NCBI GenBank assembly: GCA_963663235.2
Contig: CAXXNO010000005.1
Location: 96,001 to 160,000, forward strand
DNA length: 64,000 nt
Reading direction: 5' to 3'
Source: Dehalococcoidia bacterium
GTDB taxonomy: Bacteria > Chloroflexota > Dehalococcoidia > Bin125
Shown: in pieces, positions 52,840 to 62,218 of the stretch
How the letters are laid out: each line of letters begins with the position of its first letter
Numbering within the stretch: position 1 is the stretch's first letter
Made by a program: the position numbers and the translations under genes
Notes under the pieces: generated by a model
The model's database searches: none
What the model saw: only the letters and a program-made list of their open reading frames with translations
What the model was told of the DNA's origin: nothing

Positions 52840-54210
52840 ATGGCAACGCGTAAGCGCACTCCGAAGTCCTCAAGCCCCCCTTCGACGGATCGCCGCCGCG
52901 GCGACCCCTTCTGCACGGTGGAAGAGGCGATCGCCGAGTTTGGGCAGGGACGCTTCGTCATCATCACCGACGATCAAGATCGCGAAAACGAAGGCGATCT
53001 CTGTATCCCCGCCCAGTACGTCACCCCCGAGGCGATCAACTTCATGGCCAAGTACGGCCGCGGGCTCATTTGCGTCGCCATGAGCGGCCGGCGGCTGGAC
53101 CGCCTGGGCTTGCCCCTCATGGTCGGGGAAGATCACAATGACTCGCAGTTCGGAACCGCCTTCACGGTGTCGGTCGAGGCCCGCAAAGGCGTCAGCACCG
53201 GCATCTCCGCCGCCGACCGCGCCCGCACCGTCCACGTGCTCATGGCGCCCGATAGCAAGCCCGGGGATCTCGCCGTACCGGGCCACATGTTTCCCTTGCG
53301 CGCCCGCGACGGCGGCGTGCTCGTGCGGGCCGGGCAGACGGAAGCCAGCGTCGATCTCTGCACGCTTGCTGGCCTGCACCCCGGCGCCGTCATCTGCGAG
53401 GTCATGAAGTCCGATGGAGCCATGGCCCGGCTCCCGGACCTCGTCCGCTTCTCCCGGCGCCACGGCATCAAGATGATCAGCATTGACGAGATGATCAAGT
53501 ATCGCTTCCGCACCGAGAAGCTCGTCGATCGCATCACCGATGCCACGCTCCCCACGCGCTACGGCTCCTTCCGCGTCGTCGGCTATGAGGTCCACGGCGC
53601 CCCGGATGAACACGTGGCGCTCGTGATTGGCGACCTCTCCCAGCCGGATCCGGTGCTCGTCCGCGTCCATTCCCAATGCGTCACCGGCGATGTCTTCCAT
53701 TCGCTGCGCTGCGACTGCGGCGAGCAGATGGAAGCCGCCCTGCAGCGCATCGCCGAGGAGGGACGCGGGGCGTTCATCTATATGCGTCAGGAGGGACGCG
53801 GTATCGGGCTGCACAACAAGCTGCGCGCCTACGCCCTGCAAGACGGCGGCATGGACACGGTGGAGGCCAATCTGGCGCTCGGTTTGCCCGTCGACCGCCG
53901 CGACTACGGCATCGGGATGCAGATCTTGCGCGACCTGGGTATCTCCAGGATCCGCCTGCTCACCAACAACCCGGCCAAACGCGCCGGCCTCACCGGCTAC
54001 GGCCTCGAAGTCGTGGAGCGCGTCCCCCTCACCGCCGAACCGAACCCCTACAACGCGGGCTACCTCGCTACCAAGCGTGAAAAACTCGGGCACCTCTTGG
54101 ACGATATCCCGGCGGACATGGCCAAGCCCGACGCCGACGCCGGCCCCGCACCCGCGCCCCGCAAGAAAGCGGCGCGTCCGGCCCGGCGACGTCGGACCCG
54201 GCGCACCTAA
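52840..54210 (+). CDS. ribBA: Bifunctional DHBP synthase / GTP cyclohydrolase II
   Basis: DRENEGD, TGISAADR, RVHSQC.TGD..SLRCDCG, QEGRGIGL, LLTNNP motifs. Confidence 0.95.
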   Translation: MATRKRTPKSSSPPSTDRRRGDPFCTVEEAIAEFGQGRFVIITDDQDRENEGDLCIPAQYVTPEAINFMAKYGRGLICVAMSGRRLDRLGLPLMVGEDHNDSQFGTAFTVSVEARKGVSTGISAADRARTVHVLMAPDSKPGDLAVPGHMFPLRARDGGVLVRAGQTEASVDLCTLAGLHPGAVICEVMKSDGAMARLPDLVRFSRRHGIKMISIDEMIKYRFRTEKLVDRITDATLPTRYGSFRVVGYEVHGAPDEHVALVIGDLSQPDPVLVRVHSQCVTGDVFHSLRCDCGEQMEAALQRIAEEGRGAFIYMRQEGRGIGLHNKLRAYALQDGGMDTVEANLALGLPVDRRDYGIGMQILRDLGISRIRLLTNNPAKRAGLTGYGLEVVERVPLTAEPNPYNAGYLATKREKLGHLLDDIPADMAKPDADAGPAPAPRKKAARPARRRRTRRT

Positions 54211-54213
54211 CCC

Positions 54214-54696
54214 ATGCCGCGCGTCTTCGACGGCAACCGCGACGCCACCGGCCTGCGATTCGCCATCGTCGCCGCCCGCTTCAACATCTTCGTGACGGAG
54301 CGGCTCTTGAACGGCGCCCTCACCACGCTGCGTGACCACGGCGCCGCCCACGACACCGTGGATGTCTTCTGGGTGCCGGGCGCCTTCGAGATCCCCCTCC
54401 TCGCCCGCACCGCCGCCGAGAGCGGCCGCTACGATGCCGTGATCTGCCTCGGCGCCGTCATCCAGGGCGAAACCGACCATTACCGCCTCGTCGCGGAGGC
54501 GGTCGCCCGCGGCGTCGCGCGTGCCGCCTGGGAGACCGGCGTCCCCTGCATTTTCGAGGTCCTCGCGGCCCCCAGCGTTGAACTCGCTGTTGCCCGGGCC
54601 GGCGGCGCGGCCGGCAACAAGGGCGAGGACGCCGCTTTGACTGCCATCGAGGTCTGTCGCGTGCTTGCCGCCGCTCGCCGCTCCGACGACGCCTAA
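54214..54696 (+). CDS. ribH: Lumazine synthase
   Basis: ARFN, VPGAFEIP, LGAVIQGETDH, GNKG motifs. Confidence 0.95.
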   Translation: MPRVFDGNRDATGLRFAIVAARFNIFVTERLLNGALTTLRDHGAAHDTVDVFWVPGAFEIPLLARTAAESGRYDAVICLGAVIQGETDHYRLVAEAVARGVARAAWETGVPCIFEVLAAPSVELAVARAGGAAGNKGEDAALTAIEVCRVLAAARRSDDA

Positions 54697-54759
54697 TCGG
54701 CCCGCGCCCGCCGCCCCGTCGTCGGAGATTCCCAGGCGTCTCGATGCCGGTGACCAAGG

Positions 54760-54830
54760 TTGATCAATCCCACGTGCCTACTTACAATCGCGGAGCTTCG
54801 CCCAGATTTCAGGAGATTTGCCCAGATTTG
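54760..54830 (+). promoter_or_regulatory. Sigma70-type promoter plus three 10-bp-phased AGATTT direct repeats
   Basis: TTGATC(54760)-17 nt-TACAAT(54783); CCCAGATTTC AGGAGATTTG CCCAGATTTG (54801-54830) covers the RBS and TTG start. Confidence 0.6.
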
Positions 54831-55523
54831 ACGTCCATCGCAACCCGATCACGCCACGCTGAAACGGACTGGCTCGGACTGGGTCAGGCCTGCCGCCTCT
54901 TGGGTGTCAACGAATCCACCCTCCGCCGCTGGGCCGATGCGGGCACGGTGCGGAGCTTCCGAACCCCCGGCGGGCACCGGCGCTTCCCCCGGGCCGAACT
55001 GCGCCGCCTCATGGCCCCGCTCCCCGCCGCGGGCGACCGCCCCCCGTTGGACGGAGAAGCGCTCCAGCACATCCGCGCTCTTCTCGATCGCCGCGACCAC
55101 GACCCACAGCCCTGGCTTGACCCGCTGACCGTCGAGACCCGCGGCACTCTGGGCCGACTGGGCCGCCGGACCTTGGAGTTGGTGAGCCGCTCGGCTCATC
55201 CCGACGCCGACGCTGACGCTGACGCTGACGCCGATGCCGACGCGCTCGCCCCGGACGCTGCGGCGCTGGGCCGCGAATACGGCCGCATCCTGCGCGGCGC
55301 TGGTCTCAGCCTGTCCGACGCGGTCTCGGCCTTCGCCTATTTCCGCCACGGGATGGCGGAGGCCGTAACGGCGCACGCCCAGGCTCTCCGCTTGCCCACC
55401 GATGCCGCCGCCGACCTCTCGGAGCGCGTGTCGGTCTTGGAGGATCAGGTGCTGGTCGCGCTGGCCGGCGAGTACGAACGTGAGACGCCGCTTGCGGAAC
55501 CGGCGCCGCTCCCGGAACGCTAG
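54828..55523 (+). CDS. BldC/excisionase-like (MerR-type HTH) regulator with C-terminal helical domain
   Basis: WLGLGQACRLLGVNESTLRRWADAG.VRSFRTPGGHRRF; AGGAG RBS before TTG 54828. Confidence 0.8.
   Translation: MTSIATRSRHAETDWLGLGQACRLLGVNESTLRRWADAGTVRSFRTPGGHRRFPRAELRRLMAPLPAAGDRPPLDGEALQHIRALLDRRDHDPQPWLDPLTVETRGTLGRLGRRTLELVSRSAHPDADADADADADADALAPDAAALGREYGRILRGAGLSLSDAVSAFAYFRHGMAEAVTAHAQALRLPTDAAADLSERVSVLEDQVLVALAGEYERETPLAEPAPLPER
55203..55244 (+). repeat. In-frame hexamer repeat encoding (DA)7
   Basis: GACGCC GACGCT GACGCT GACGCT GACGCC GATGCC GACGCG. Confidence 0.85.
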
Positions 55524-55541
55524 GACCGGTGCACAGGGGAG

Positions 55542-56258
55542 GTGGTGGCCGTCGTGGCCTATTACCCGGTCTTTCTGGATGTCACCGACCGTCCTTGCCT
55601 CGTCATCGGTGGCGGCGAGGTGGCTCTCCAGAAAGTGCGCGGGCTGATCGCGGCCGACGCCGCGATCACCATCGTCAGCCCCGGCCTCCACCCGGATCTC
55701 GTCGACTTGGCCGCGCAGGGCCGGATCAACCATCTGCCCCGCAGCTACGTCTCTGGCGATTCCCAAGGCTTCGACATCGTCATGATCGCCACCGACGATC
55801 GCTCCGCCAACGCCGCCATCCGCGAGGAGAGCCGCGGGCTGGGCGCTTGGGTGAACGCCGCCGATGACCCCGCCAACTGCGACTTCATCCTGCCCTCCGT
55901 GGTCCGGCGCGGCCTCATGACCATCGCCATTTCGACCGGTGGCGCCAGCCCGGCCATGGCCCGCCGCGTGCGCGAGGAGTTGGACGCCTACTTTACCGAG
56001 GACTTTGAGCCCCTCGCCGAATTGCTGGCGGAGGTCCGCAACGACCTCAAGCGGCGCGGCCTGCTCCTCCAGATCGATCAGGAAACCTGGCAGCGCGCCA
56101 TCAACGGCCCTCTGCGCGCGCTGCTCGCCCAACGGCGCTGGGGTCAGGCCAAGGCGCTCCTCCTCTCCCGCCTGGGTGCGCCGGTTGCCCCCAACGATCC
56201 ACCTCCAGAGGAATCGCTGGCGCCGCCGCTCGAACAACCGTTGAGGAAATCGTCGTGA
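55542..56258 (+). CDS. Precorrin-2 dehydrogenase / sirohydrochlorin ferrochelatase (SirC/CysG-N)
   Basis: YYPVFL, VIGGGEVA, VNAADDP..CDF, AISTGGASP motifs. Confidence 0.92.
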   Translation: MVAVVAYYPVFLDVTDRPCLVIGGGEVALQKVRGLIAADAAITIVSPGLHPDLVDLAAQGRINHLPRSYVSGDSQGFDIVMIATDDRSANAAIREESRGLGAWVNAADDPANCDFILPSVVRRGLMTIAISTGGASPAMARRVREELDAYFTEDFEPLAELLAEVRNDLKRRGLLLQIDQETWQRAINGPLRALLAQRRWGQAKALLLSRLGAPVAPNDPPPEESLAPPLEQPLRKSS

Positions 56259-56317
56259 CCTTGATCGCGGCAGGCATCTCGTATCGCACGGCCTCCGTCG
56301 CTCTCGATGTCGGCTAG
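56255..56317 (+). pseudogene. hemA: Glutamyl-tRNA reductase stub (internal deletion)
   Basis: GTG overlapping sirC TGA reads TLIAAGISYRTASVA (HemA N-terminal GxxHxTAxV-like) then LDVG*; occupies the expected hemA slot. Confidence 0.72.
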
Positions 56318-57233
56318 CGTGGAGGCGCTGCGGCTCGGTACGCGCCGGAGCGCGCTGGCCGGGCGGCAGACGCAGGAAGCGGCCGACGCCCTCGCGGCGC
56401 TCGGCGTCGCTACGCAGGCCGTCATCTGCCGAACCCAGGGCGATCTGGACCGCACCACCCCGCTGCCGGAACTCGGAGGACAGGGGGTCTTCGCCCGCGC
56501 CATCGAGCAGACCCTTGTGGACGGCGGCATCGATGTCGCCGTCCACAGCGCCAAGGACTTGGAGCTGGATCTGCTGGACGGCACGCAACTGGTGGCCTTC
56601 CTGCCCCGAGCCGATGTCCGCGACGTCCTGGTCAGTCGCGATGCCCTCACGCTTGAGCGGCTCCCCGCCGGCGCCCGCCTCGGGACCAGCAGCCGGCGTC
56701 GAGCGGGCCAGGTGCGCGCCTGGCGTTCCGACCTCCAAGTGGTCGACATTCGCGGCAACGTCGACACCCGATTGGCCAAGGTCGCTCGTGCGGACTACGA
56801 CGCCACCATCCTCGCCGCCGCTGGGCTCGCCCGGCTCGGCCGCCTCGACGCCGTCGCGGAGTACCTCAGCATCGACCGCGTGTTGCCGGCGCCCGGACAA
56901 GGGGCCATCGCTCTCCAGGCCCGCCGCGCCGATGCCCGCACCGTGAGCCTCCTGCGCCGCATCAACCATGAGCCCACCGCTGTGGCGGTCAGGACGGAGC
57001 GTGCGTGTCTGCGCGCCCTCGGCGCGGGCTGCTCGCTGCCGGTCGCCGCGCTCGCGCACGTGCGCGGGACGGCCGTGACCGTCGCCGGGATCGTCGTCGA
57101 TGAGCACGATGGTCGCCTCATCCGCGCCCAACGCAGCGGCGACGCGGCCGATCCGGAGGCGGCTGGCGCCGCGCTGGGGGAAGCGTTGCTTTCGCAGGGT
57201 GCCGGTGCGCTGATCCGGGAGGCGGTGTCATGA
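56307..57233 (+). CDS. hemC: Hydroxymethylbilane synthase
   Basis: GTRRSALA, VHSAKD, GTSSRRR, RGNVDTRL, PAPGQGA, GAGCSLP motifs. Confidence 0.95.
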   Translation: MSASVEALRLGTRRSALAGRQTQEAADALAALGVATQAVICRTQGDLDRTTPLPELGGQGVFARAIEQTLVDGGIDVAVHSAKDLELDLLDGTQLVAFLPRADVRDVLVSRDALTLERLPAGARLGTSSRRRAGQVRAWRSDLQVVDIRGNVDTRLAKVARADYDATILAAAGLARLGRLDAVAEYLSIDRVLPAPGQGAIALQARRADARTVSLLRRINHEPTAVAVRTERACLRALGAGCSLPVAALAHVRGTAVTVAGIVVDEHDGRLIRAQRSGDAADPEAAGAALGEALLSQGAGALIREAVS

Positions 57234-58774
57234 GTGCGGACGGCGGCCGCGGCTTCGTGAGTCTCGTGGGCGCCGGACCCGGCGATCCCGGCCTGATCAC
57301 GGTCGCCGCCCTCGATCGCCTCCGCGACGCCGATGTCGTCGTCTACGACCGCCTCGTCAATCCCGCCTTCCTTGCGGAGGCGCGGCCGGACGCGGAACGC
57401 ATCTTCGTCGGCAAGGCCCCGGACGCGCACACGCTATCCCAGGACCGCATCGACGATCTGCTGGTCGAGAGGGCGCGAGCGGGTCGCCGCGTGGTCCGGC
57501 TCAAGGGTGGCGACCCCTTCGTCTTCGGGCGCGGTGCGGAAGAGGCCCAGCGCCTGGTCCAGGACGGCGTCGATTTCGATGTCGTGCCGGGGGTCACGTC
57601 CGCGCTGGCAGCGCTGGCCTACGCCGGCATCCCGCCGACCCACCGGCGCCATGCCTCGTCGTTCACGGTCGTGACCGGCCATGAAGATGCCACGAAGCAG
57701 GAGCCAGCGGTCGATTGGGCCCGCATCGCACAAGGCGCGGACACGCTCATCGTCTTAATGGCGCGCCACTCGCTCCCATCCATCGCCGACCGCCTGATCG
57801 CCGGCGGCCGTCCTGCCGAAACGCCCGCCGCGGTGATCGAATGGGGCACCACGCCGCGACAGCGCGTGGTCGAGGCGACGCTGGCGACCGTCGCCGCCGC
57901 CGCCGATCGAGCCGGGCTCGATGCCCCCGCCGTGATCGTCGTCGGTGATGTCGTCCGCCTCCGGGACGGCCTGCGCTGGTTCGATCGACGTCCGCTGTTC
58001 GGGAAGCGCGTTCTGGTGACGCGCACCCGCCGGCAGGCCGGCGAGATGTCACGCTTGCTGATGCGCGAGGGGGCCGATCCGGTCGAGTTTCCCGCCATCG
58101 GGCTCGCCCCCGCCGATCCCGCCGCGGCCCAGGCGGCGGCCCGGCGGCTCGCTGCCGCCGGCTACGACTGGGTTGTCTTCACGAGCGCCAACGGCGTGCA
58201 CGAGTTCTTCCGCCATCTTGACGCCGTGCAGCTGGACAGCCGCGCCTTCGGCGCGGCGCGCCTCGCCGTCGTCGGACCGGCGACGGCCCGCGCCTTGCAC
58301 GAGTACGGCCTCGTCCCCGATGTTGTCCCGGACCGCTTCGTCGCCGAGGCCTTGCTCCAGGCTCTGGCCGATGTTCCTCTGGAGGGCGCACGCGTGCTCT
58401 TGGCGCGCGCCGAGGATGCGCGCGCGCTCTTGCCGGAGGGGCTGCGCGCTCGCGGCGCGCTGGTCGAGGATCTGCCGCTCTACACCGCCCGTCGCCCCGC
58501 GACCGCGGACTCGGCGCTGATCGGGCGCCTCGAAAGGGGCGAGATCGATATCGTCACCTTCACCGCCTCATCCACGGTTCGTGGCTGCCTCGACCTGCTC
58601 GACGGGCGCCGCGAGCTGATCGAGTCTCCGCTGGTCGCCTGCATCGGACCAGTGACGGCGGAGACGGCCCGTTCGCTCGGCCTGAACGTTGATCTGGTAA
58701 GCGAGGAACACACGGTTCCTGGACTCGTCGCCGCCCTGCGGCGGCGCTTCGAGAAGGTGGTGTCGCATGCTTGA
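57230..58774 (+). CDS. cobA: Uroporphyrinogen-III C-methyltransferase / uroporphyrinogen-III synthase fusion (CobA-HemD)
   Basis: [12 protein letters not shown] and [13 protein letters not shown], then VLVTR, FTSANGV, FTASSTV, CIGPVT. Confidence 0.95.
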   Translation: MSADGGRGFVSLVGAGPGDPGLITVAALDRLRDADVVVYDRLVNPAFLAEARPDAERIFVGKAPDAHTLSQDRIDDLLVERARAGRRVVRLKGGDPFVFGRGAEEAQRLVQDGVDFDVVPGVTSALAALAYAGIPPTHRRHASSFTVVTGHEDATKQEPAVDWARIAQGADTLIVLMARHSLPSIADRLIAGGRPAETPAAVIEWGTTPRQRVVEATLATVAAAADRAGLDAPAVIVVGDVVRLRDGLRWFDRRPLFGKRVLVTRTRRQAGEMSRLLMREGADPVEFPAIGLAPADPAAAQAAARRLAAAGYDWVVFTSANGVHEFFRHLDAVQLDSRAFGAARLAVVGPATARALHEYGLVPDVVPDRFVAEALLQALADVPLEGARVLLARAEDARALLPEGLRARGALVEDLPLYTARRPATADSALIGRLERGEIDIVTFTASSTVRGCLDLLDGRRELIESPLVACIGPVTAETARSLGLNVDLVSEEHTVPGLVAALRRRFEKVVSHA

Positions 58775-59777
58775 GACGAGACAGGCCGCCGGGCTTGATC
58801 TCCCGCTCCGGCTCCGGCGTTTGCGCCGGACGACGTCGATGCGCCGCATGCTCCGCGAGACGGTCCTGAGCCCAGCGGACTTTATCTATCCCCTCTTCGT
58901 GACGCACGGCCACGATGTCCGCCAGCCCATCGCGTCCATGCCCGGCCAGTTCCGGCTCTCCCTTGATCAACTGCCGGGGGAAGCGCAGGAGTTGCGGCGC
59001 CTCACGATCCCCGCGCTCCTGTTGTTCGGCCTGCCGGCCGCCAAAGATCCGCGCGGGTCGGAGGCCTACGCCGCGGACGGCATCGTGCAGCAGGCGGTCC
59101 GCGTGCTCAAGGACGCCGACCCCGATCTCGTTGTCATCACCGACGTCTGCCTCTGTGAGTACACCGACCACGGGCATTGCGGTGTGATCGGCTCCACAGG
59201 CGAAGTCGAGAATGACCCCTCCGTCGAACTGCTGACGGCGACGGCCCTGAGCCAGGCCGAAGCCGGCGCCGACATCGTCGCGCCCAGCGACATGATGGAC
59301 GGCCGCGTGCGCGCCATTCGCTCCGCTCTGGACGCTTCCCGCCTCCAGGAGGTGGCGATCCTCGCCTACGCGGCGAAGTTTGCCTCCGCGTTCTACGGCC
59401 CCTTCCGAGAGGCGGCGGACTCGACCCCGGCGTTCGGCGACCGCCACGGCTATCAACTGGACCCGCCCAACGCACGCGAGGCGTTGCGCGAGATCGCCCA
59501 GGATATCGACGAGGGCGCGGACCTGGTGATGGTGAAGCCCGCGCTGCCCTATCTCGACCTCATTCGCCGGGCACGTGAGCGCTTCGATCGGCCGCTGGTG
59601 GCGTACAACGTCAGTGGCGAGTACGCGATGCTCAAGGCGGCCGCGGCGAACGGCTGGCTGGACGAGCAAAACGCCGTCACCGAGGTACTGACCGGCATCA
59701 AGAGGGCCGGCGCCGATCTCATCCTCACCTACCACGCGAAGGAGATGGCACACTGGCTGCAGTCATCGGCGGGCTAG
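58767..59777 (+). CDS. hemB: Porphobilinogen synthase
   Basis: [39 protein letters not shown] motifs. Confidence 0.96.
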   Translation: MLETRQAAGLDLPLRLRRLRRTTSMRRMLRETVLSPADFIYPLFVTHGHDVRQPIASMPGQFRLSLDQLPGEAQELRRLTIPALLLFGLPAAKDPRGSEAYAADGIVQQAVRVLKDADPDLVVITDVCLCEYTDHGHCGVIGSTGEVENDPSVELLTATALSQAEAGADIVAPSDMMDGRVRAIRSALDASRLQEVAILAYAAKFASAFYGPFREAADSTPAFGDRHGYQLDPPNAREALREIAQDIDEGADLVMVKPALPYLDLIRRARERFDRPLVAYNVSGEYAMLKAAAANGWLDEQNAVTEVLTGIKRAGADLILTYHAKEMAHWLQSSAG

Positions 59778-60532
59778 ACGCCGTCGATCCCTCCACGTTC
59801 CGCGCCGTCGCTTTCGATTGCTACGGCACGCTCATTGACTTCGATGAGCGCGCCTTCGCCCCGGCGCTCAGGCGGCTGCTGGATCGGCACGGCCTCGGGC
59901 ACGTCGACGCCCAGCAGCTCTGGGACGACTGGATCAAGGCGGCCAAGGAGTTCTCCAAGCTCCTCGGGGTTGACCCGGCGCGCCCACTCGATGGCCTCGA
60001 GCCGCCCTTCCGGTCCTTCGCGGAGAGTTGGCCCCGCTTCTTCGACCTCGTGTTCCAACGCTCGCGGATCGAAGGGATCGCGCCGCAAGTCGTGGTGGAC
60101 TACCTGTTCGCGGAGCTCAGCCAAGCGCCGCCCTATCCGGATGCGCCGGAGGTGATCGCCGCCCTGCGCCGGACCGGCATGACCGTCGCTATCGCCAGCA
60201 ACGCCGACGACGCGCACCTCTACGCGGCGCTCGATCACGCTGGCATCACCGCCGATGTCGTGATCTCGTCGGAGTCGGCCCGCTCGTACAAGCCCCGCCG
60301 CCCATTCTTCGAGGCGCTCAGCCGGGCCTTGGATCTCCCCCTCGAAGCGATCCTTCATGTCGGTGACCATCCGCTGGCGGACGTCACCGGGGCGCGCAAC
60401 GTTGGCATGTCCGTCTACCACGTGCAGCGCTACCAGCGCCCCCCGCACGATCACACGCCCGCCCACGAACCCACGTGGCAGTTCCCGGACTTGCGTGGCC
60501 TGCTGACGCTTTTCGGAATCGGCTCCGCCTGA
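59753..60532 (+). CDS. HAD-superfamily hydrolase (haloacid dehalogenase-like), probable CTG start
   Basis: Frame of ORF 60050..60532 extends upstream without stops to motif [13 protein letters not shown]; also ASNAD, YKP, HVGD..D; AAGGAG 8 nt before CTG 59753. Confidence 0.8.
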   Translation: MAAVIGGLDAVDPSTFRAVAFDCYGTLIDFDERAFAPALRRLLDRHGLGHVDAQQLWDDWIKAAKEFSKLLGVDPARPLDGLEPPFRSFAESWPRFFDLVFQRSRIEGIAPQVVVDYLFAELSQAPPYPDAPEVIAALRRTGMTVAIASNADDAHLYAALDHAGITADVVISSESARSYKPRRPFFEALSRALDLPLEAILHVGDHPLADVTGARNVGMSVYHVQRYQRPPHDHTPAHEPTWQFPDLRGLLTLFGIGSA

Positions 60533-60878
60533 CCGCCCTGCCCCGATCTCGCGCGGCCTTCCAGGTGGCGCAGCGCGTGCTGCCCGCCTGGCCGCCGCCT
60601 TCTGCGCCTTCGCACGCTGGGCGGAGACCGAGCGAGTGGTCTCCCGCGTTGGCTCCATGCTTACGCCGTTCTTCCGGACCCAAACGCCGACGGACGCCGA
60701 GACCGCCGCCCCCGACACGACCGCCTACGCGGGCTTCGTGCACGCCGCCCGCGCCGCCGGCGTCATTCTGGCCCCCTCCCAGTTCGAGGCGATGTTCTGC
60801 TCGTTCGCCCACGACAACGCCGTCATCAACGCCACCGCCGCCGCTCTGGCTTCGGCCTCCGCGCCACCGCGTCCCTGA
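60529..60878 (+). pseudogene. hemL: Glutamate-1-semialdehyde aminomutase remnant (internal deletion)
   Basis: N-terminal PRSRAAFQVAQRVLP joined out of frame to C-terminal RVGSMLTPFF...GVILAPSQFEAMFCSFAH; PLP-binding core absent. Confidence 0.85.
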
Positions 60879-60890
60879 CGATAATCCTCG

Positions 60891-60910
60891 TTATCCACCC
60901 GTTCTCCACC
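60891..60910 (+). promoter_or_regulatory. Two DnaA-box-like 9-mers upstream of dnaN
   Basis: TTATCCACC (60891) and TTCTCCACC (60902) versus consensus TTATCCACA. Confidence 0.45.
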
Positions 60911-60986
60911 CTCTTCTGTCGCTCCCTTGGACGATCGGCGGGATCCGTCCCTCCTCCCGCATCCGGTCGGCTACAATGAATGAGTA

Positions 60987-61010
60987 AATTGCATACATTT
61001 GTATGCAATT
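60987..61010. promoter_or_regulatory. Perfect inverted repeat (candidate operator) between -10 box and dnaN RBS
   Basis: AATTGCATACA-TT-TGTATGCAATT; TACAAT at 60972; AAGGAG at 61012. Confidence 0.6.
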
Positions 61011-61026
61011 GAAGGAGATCGACGCG

Positions 61027-62157
61027 GTGAAACTGGCGACGCAGCAGGAGGCGCTTCAACGCGGGCTCAACACCGTCGGCCGTGCCGTAGCAGTCCGCAG
61101 CACCCTCCCGCAGACCTCTCATGTCTACGTCGCTGCAGAGGGCGAGCAGGTCAAGCTCGTCGCGACGAATCTGGAGATCGCGATCACCTGTTGGGTGTCG
61201 GCCCGGGTCGATGAGCCCGGCGCGATCACGATTCCCGCCCGCCTCCTCACCGAGTTCGTCTCCTCGCTGCCGCCCGCCGAGATCGCCTTCAGCGTGGCCC
61301 CACGATCCCGCCAGGCGCAGATCGTCTGTGCCCGCAACGAAGCCACCATCACCGGCATGGACGCCGATGACTTCCCGCCCATCCCCTCCATCAGCGATGG
61401 CGACACCTTCCGCCTCGAGCCGCAGGCCCTCCGCCAGGCCATCGAGCATGTGGTCTTCGCCGCCGCCAGCGATGACAGTCGCCCCGTCCTCACCGGCGTC
61501 CAACTCAAGATCGAAGACGGCCGCCTGACGTTGGCCGCTGCCGATGGCTTCCGATTGGCCGTCTATCACTTGAACATCGCGGAGCAACCGCCCAGTGCCA
61601 TCGAGATCATCGTGCCCGCCCGCGCTCTACAGGAGTTGAGCCGCCTCCTCCCCGATCAGGAGGAGGCGGCCACGCTTCAGCTCAACAGCGTCCGCAGTCA
61701 GATCCTGTTCAAGCTGGAGGACGTGGAGCTGACCGCTCAGCTCATCCAGGGCACCTTTCCCAGCTACCAGCAGCTCATCCCCTCCGAATATCAGACCCGC
61801 GCCACGCTCGACGCCGCCGAGTTTCTGCGTGAGGCCCGCACGGCCGCGGTCTTCGCCCGCGACGGCAGCGGGATCGTGCGCGTCGTGCTCGCCGCCGGCG
61901 ACAGCGGCGCTGGCCGCGTGACCATCTCCGCGCGGGCCGAAGAGCAGGGCGATCACCAGGGCGAGATGGACGCCGAGATCGAAGGGGAGGACGCGCGGAT
62001 CGCCTTCAACAGCCGCTACTTGCAGGACGTCTTGCAGGTCCTCGGCGGGGGGCGCCTGGCGCTCGAGACCACCGGCCCGTCGAACCCCGGCGTCTTCCGG
62101 CCTCACGACCGCGAAGACTACGTCCACGTCATCATGCCCATGTTCGTCCAGTGGTGA
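61027..62157 (+). CDS. dnaN: DNA polymerase III beta clamp
   Basis: ATNLE, SRPVLTGV, AADGFRLA, LIQGTFPSY, AFNSRYL, IMPM motifs. Confidence 0.96.
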   Translation: MKLATQQEALQRGLNTVGRAVAVRSTLPQTSHVYVAAEGEQVKLVATNLEIAITCWVSARVDEPGAITIPARLLTEFVSSLPPAEIAFSVAPRSRQAQIVCARNEATITGMDADDFPPIPSISDGDTFRLEPQALRQAIEHVVFAAASDDSRPVLTGVQLKIEDGRLTLAAADGFRLAVYHLNIAEQPPSAIEIIVPARALQELSRLLPDQEEAATLQLNSVRSQILFKLEDVELTAQLIQGTFPSYQQLIPSEYQTRATLDAAEFLREARTAAVFARDGSGIVRVVLAAGDSGAGRVTISARAEEQGDHQGEMDAEIEGEDARIAFNSRYLQDVLQVLGGGRLALETTGPSNPGVFRPHDREDYVHVIMPMFVQW

Positions 62158-62218
62158 CCAGAAGTCGCTGATCCGTTCGCCCGGCAGCGCCGGGGGAGGC
62201 CTCCCGAACGCGTCCGGC

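Noticed and set aside
60879-61026. oriC
   Set aside because: Only two imperfect DnaA boxes in ~150 bp and no dnaA adjacent; kept only as a regulatory candidate
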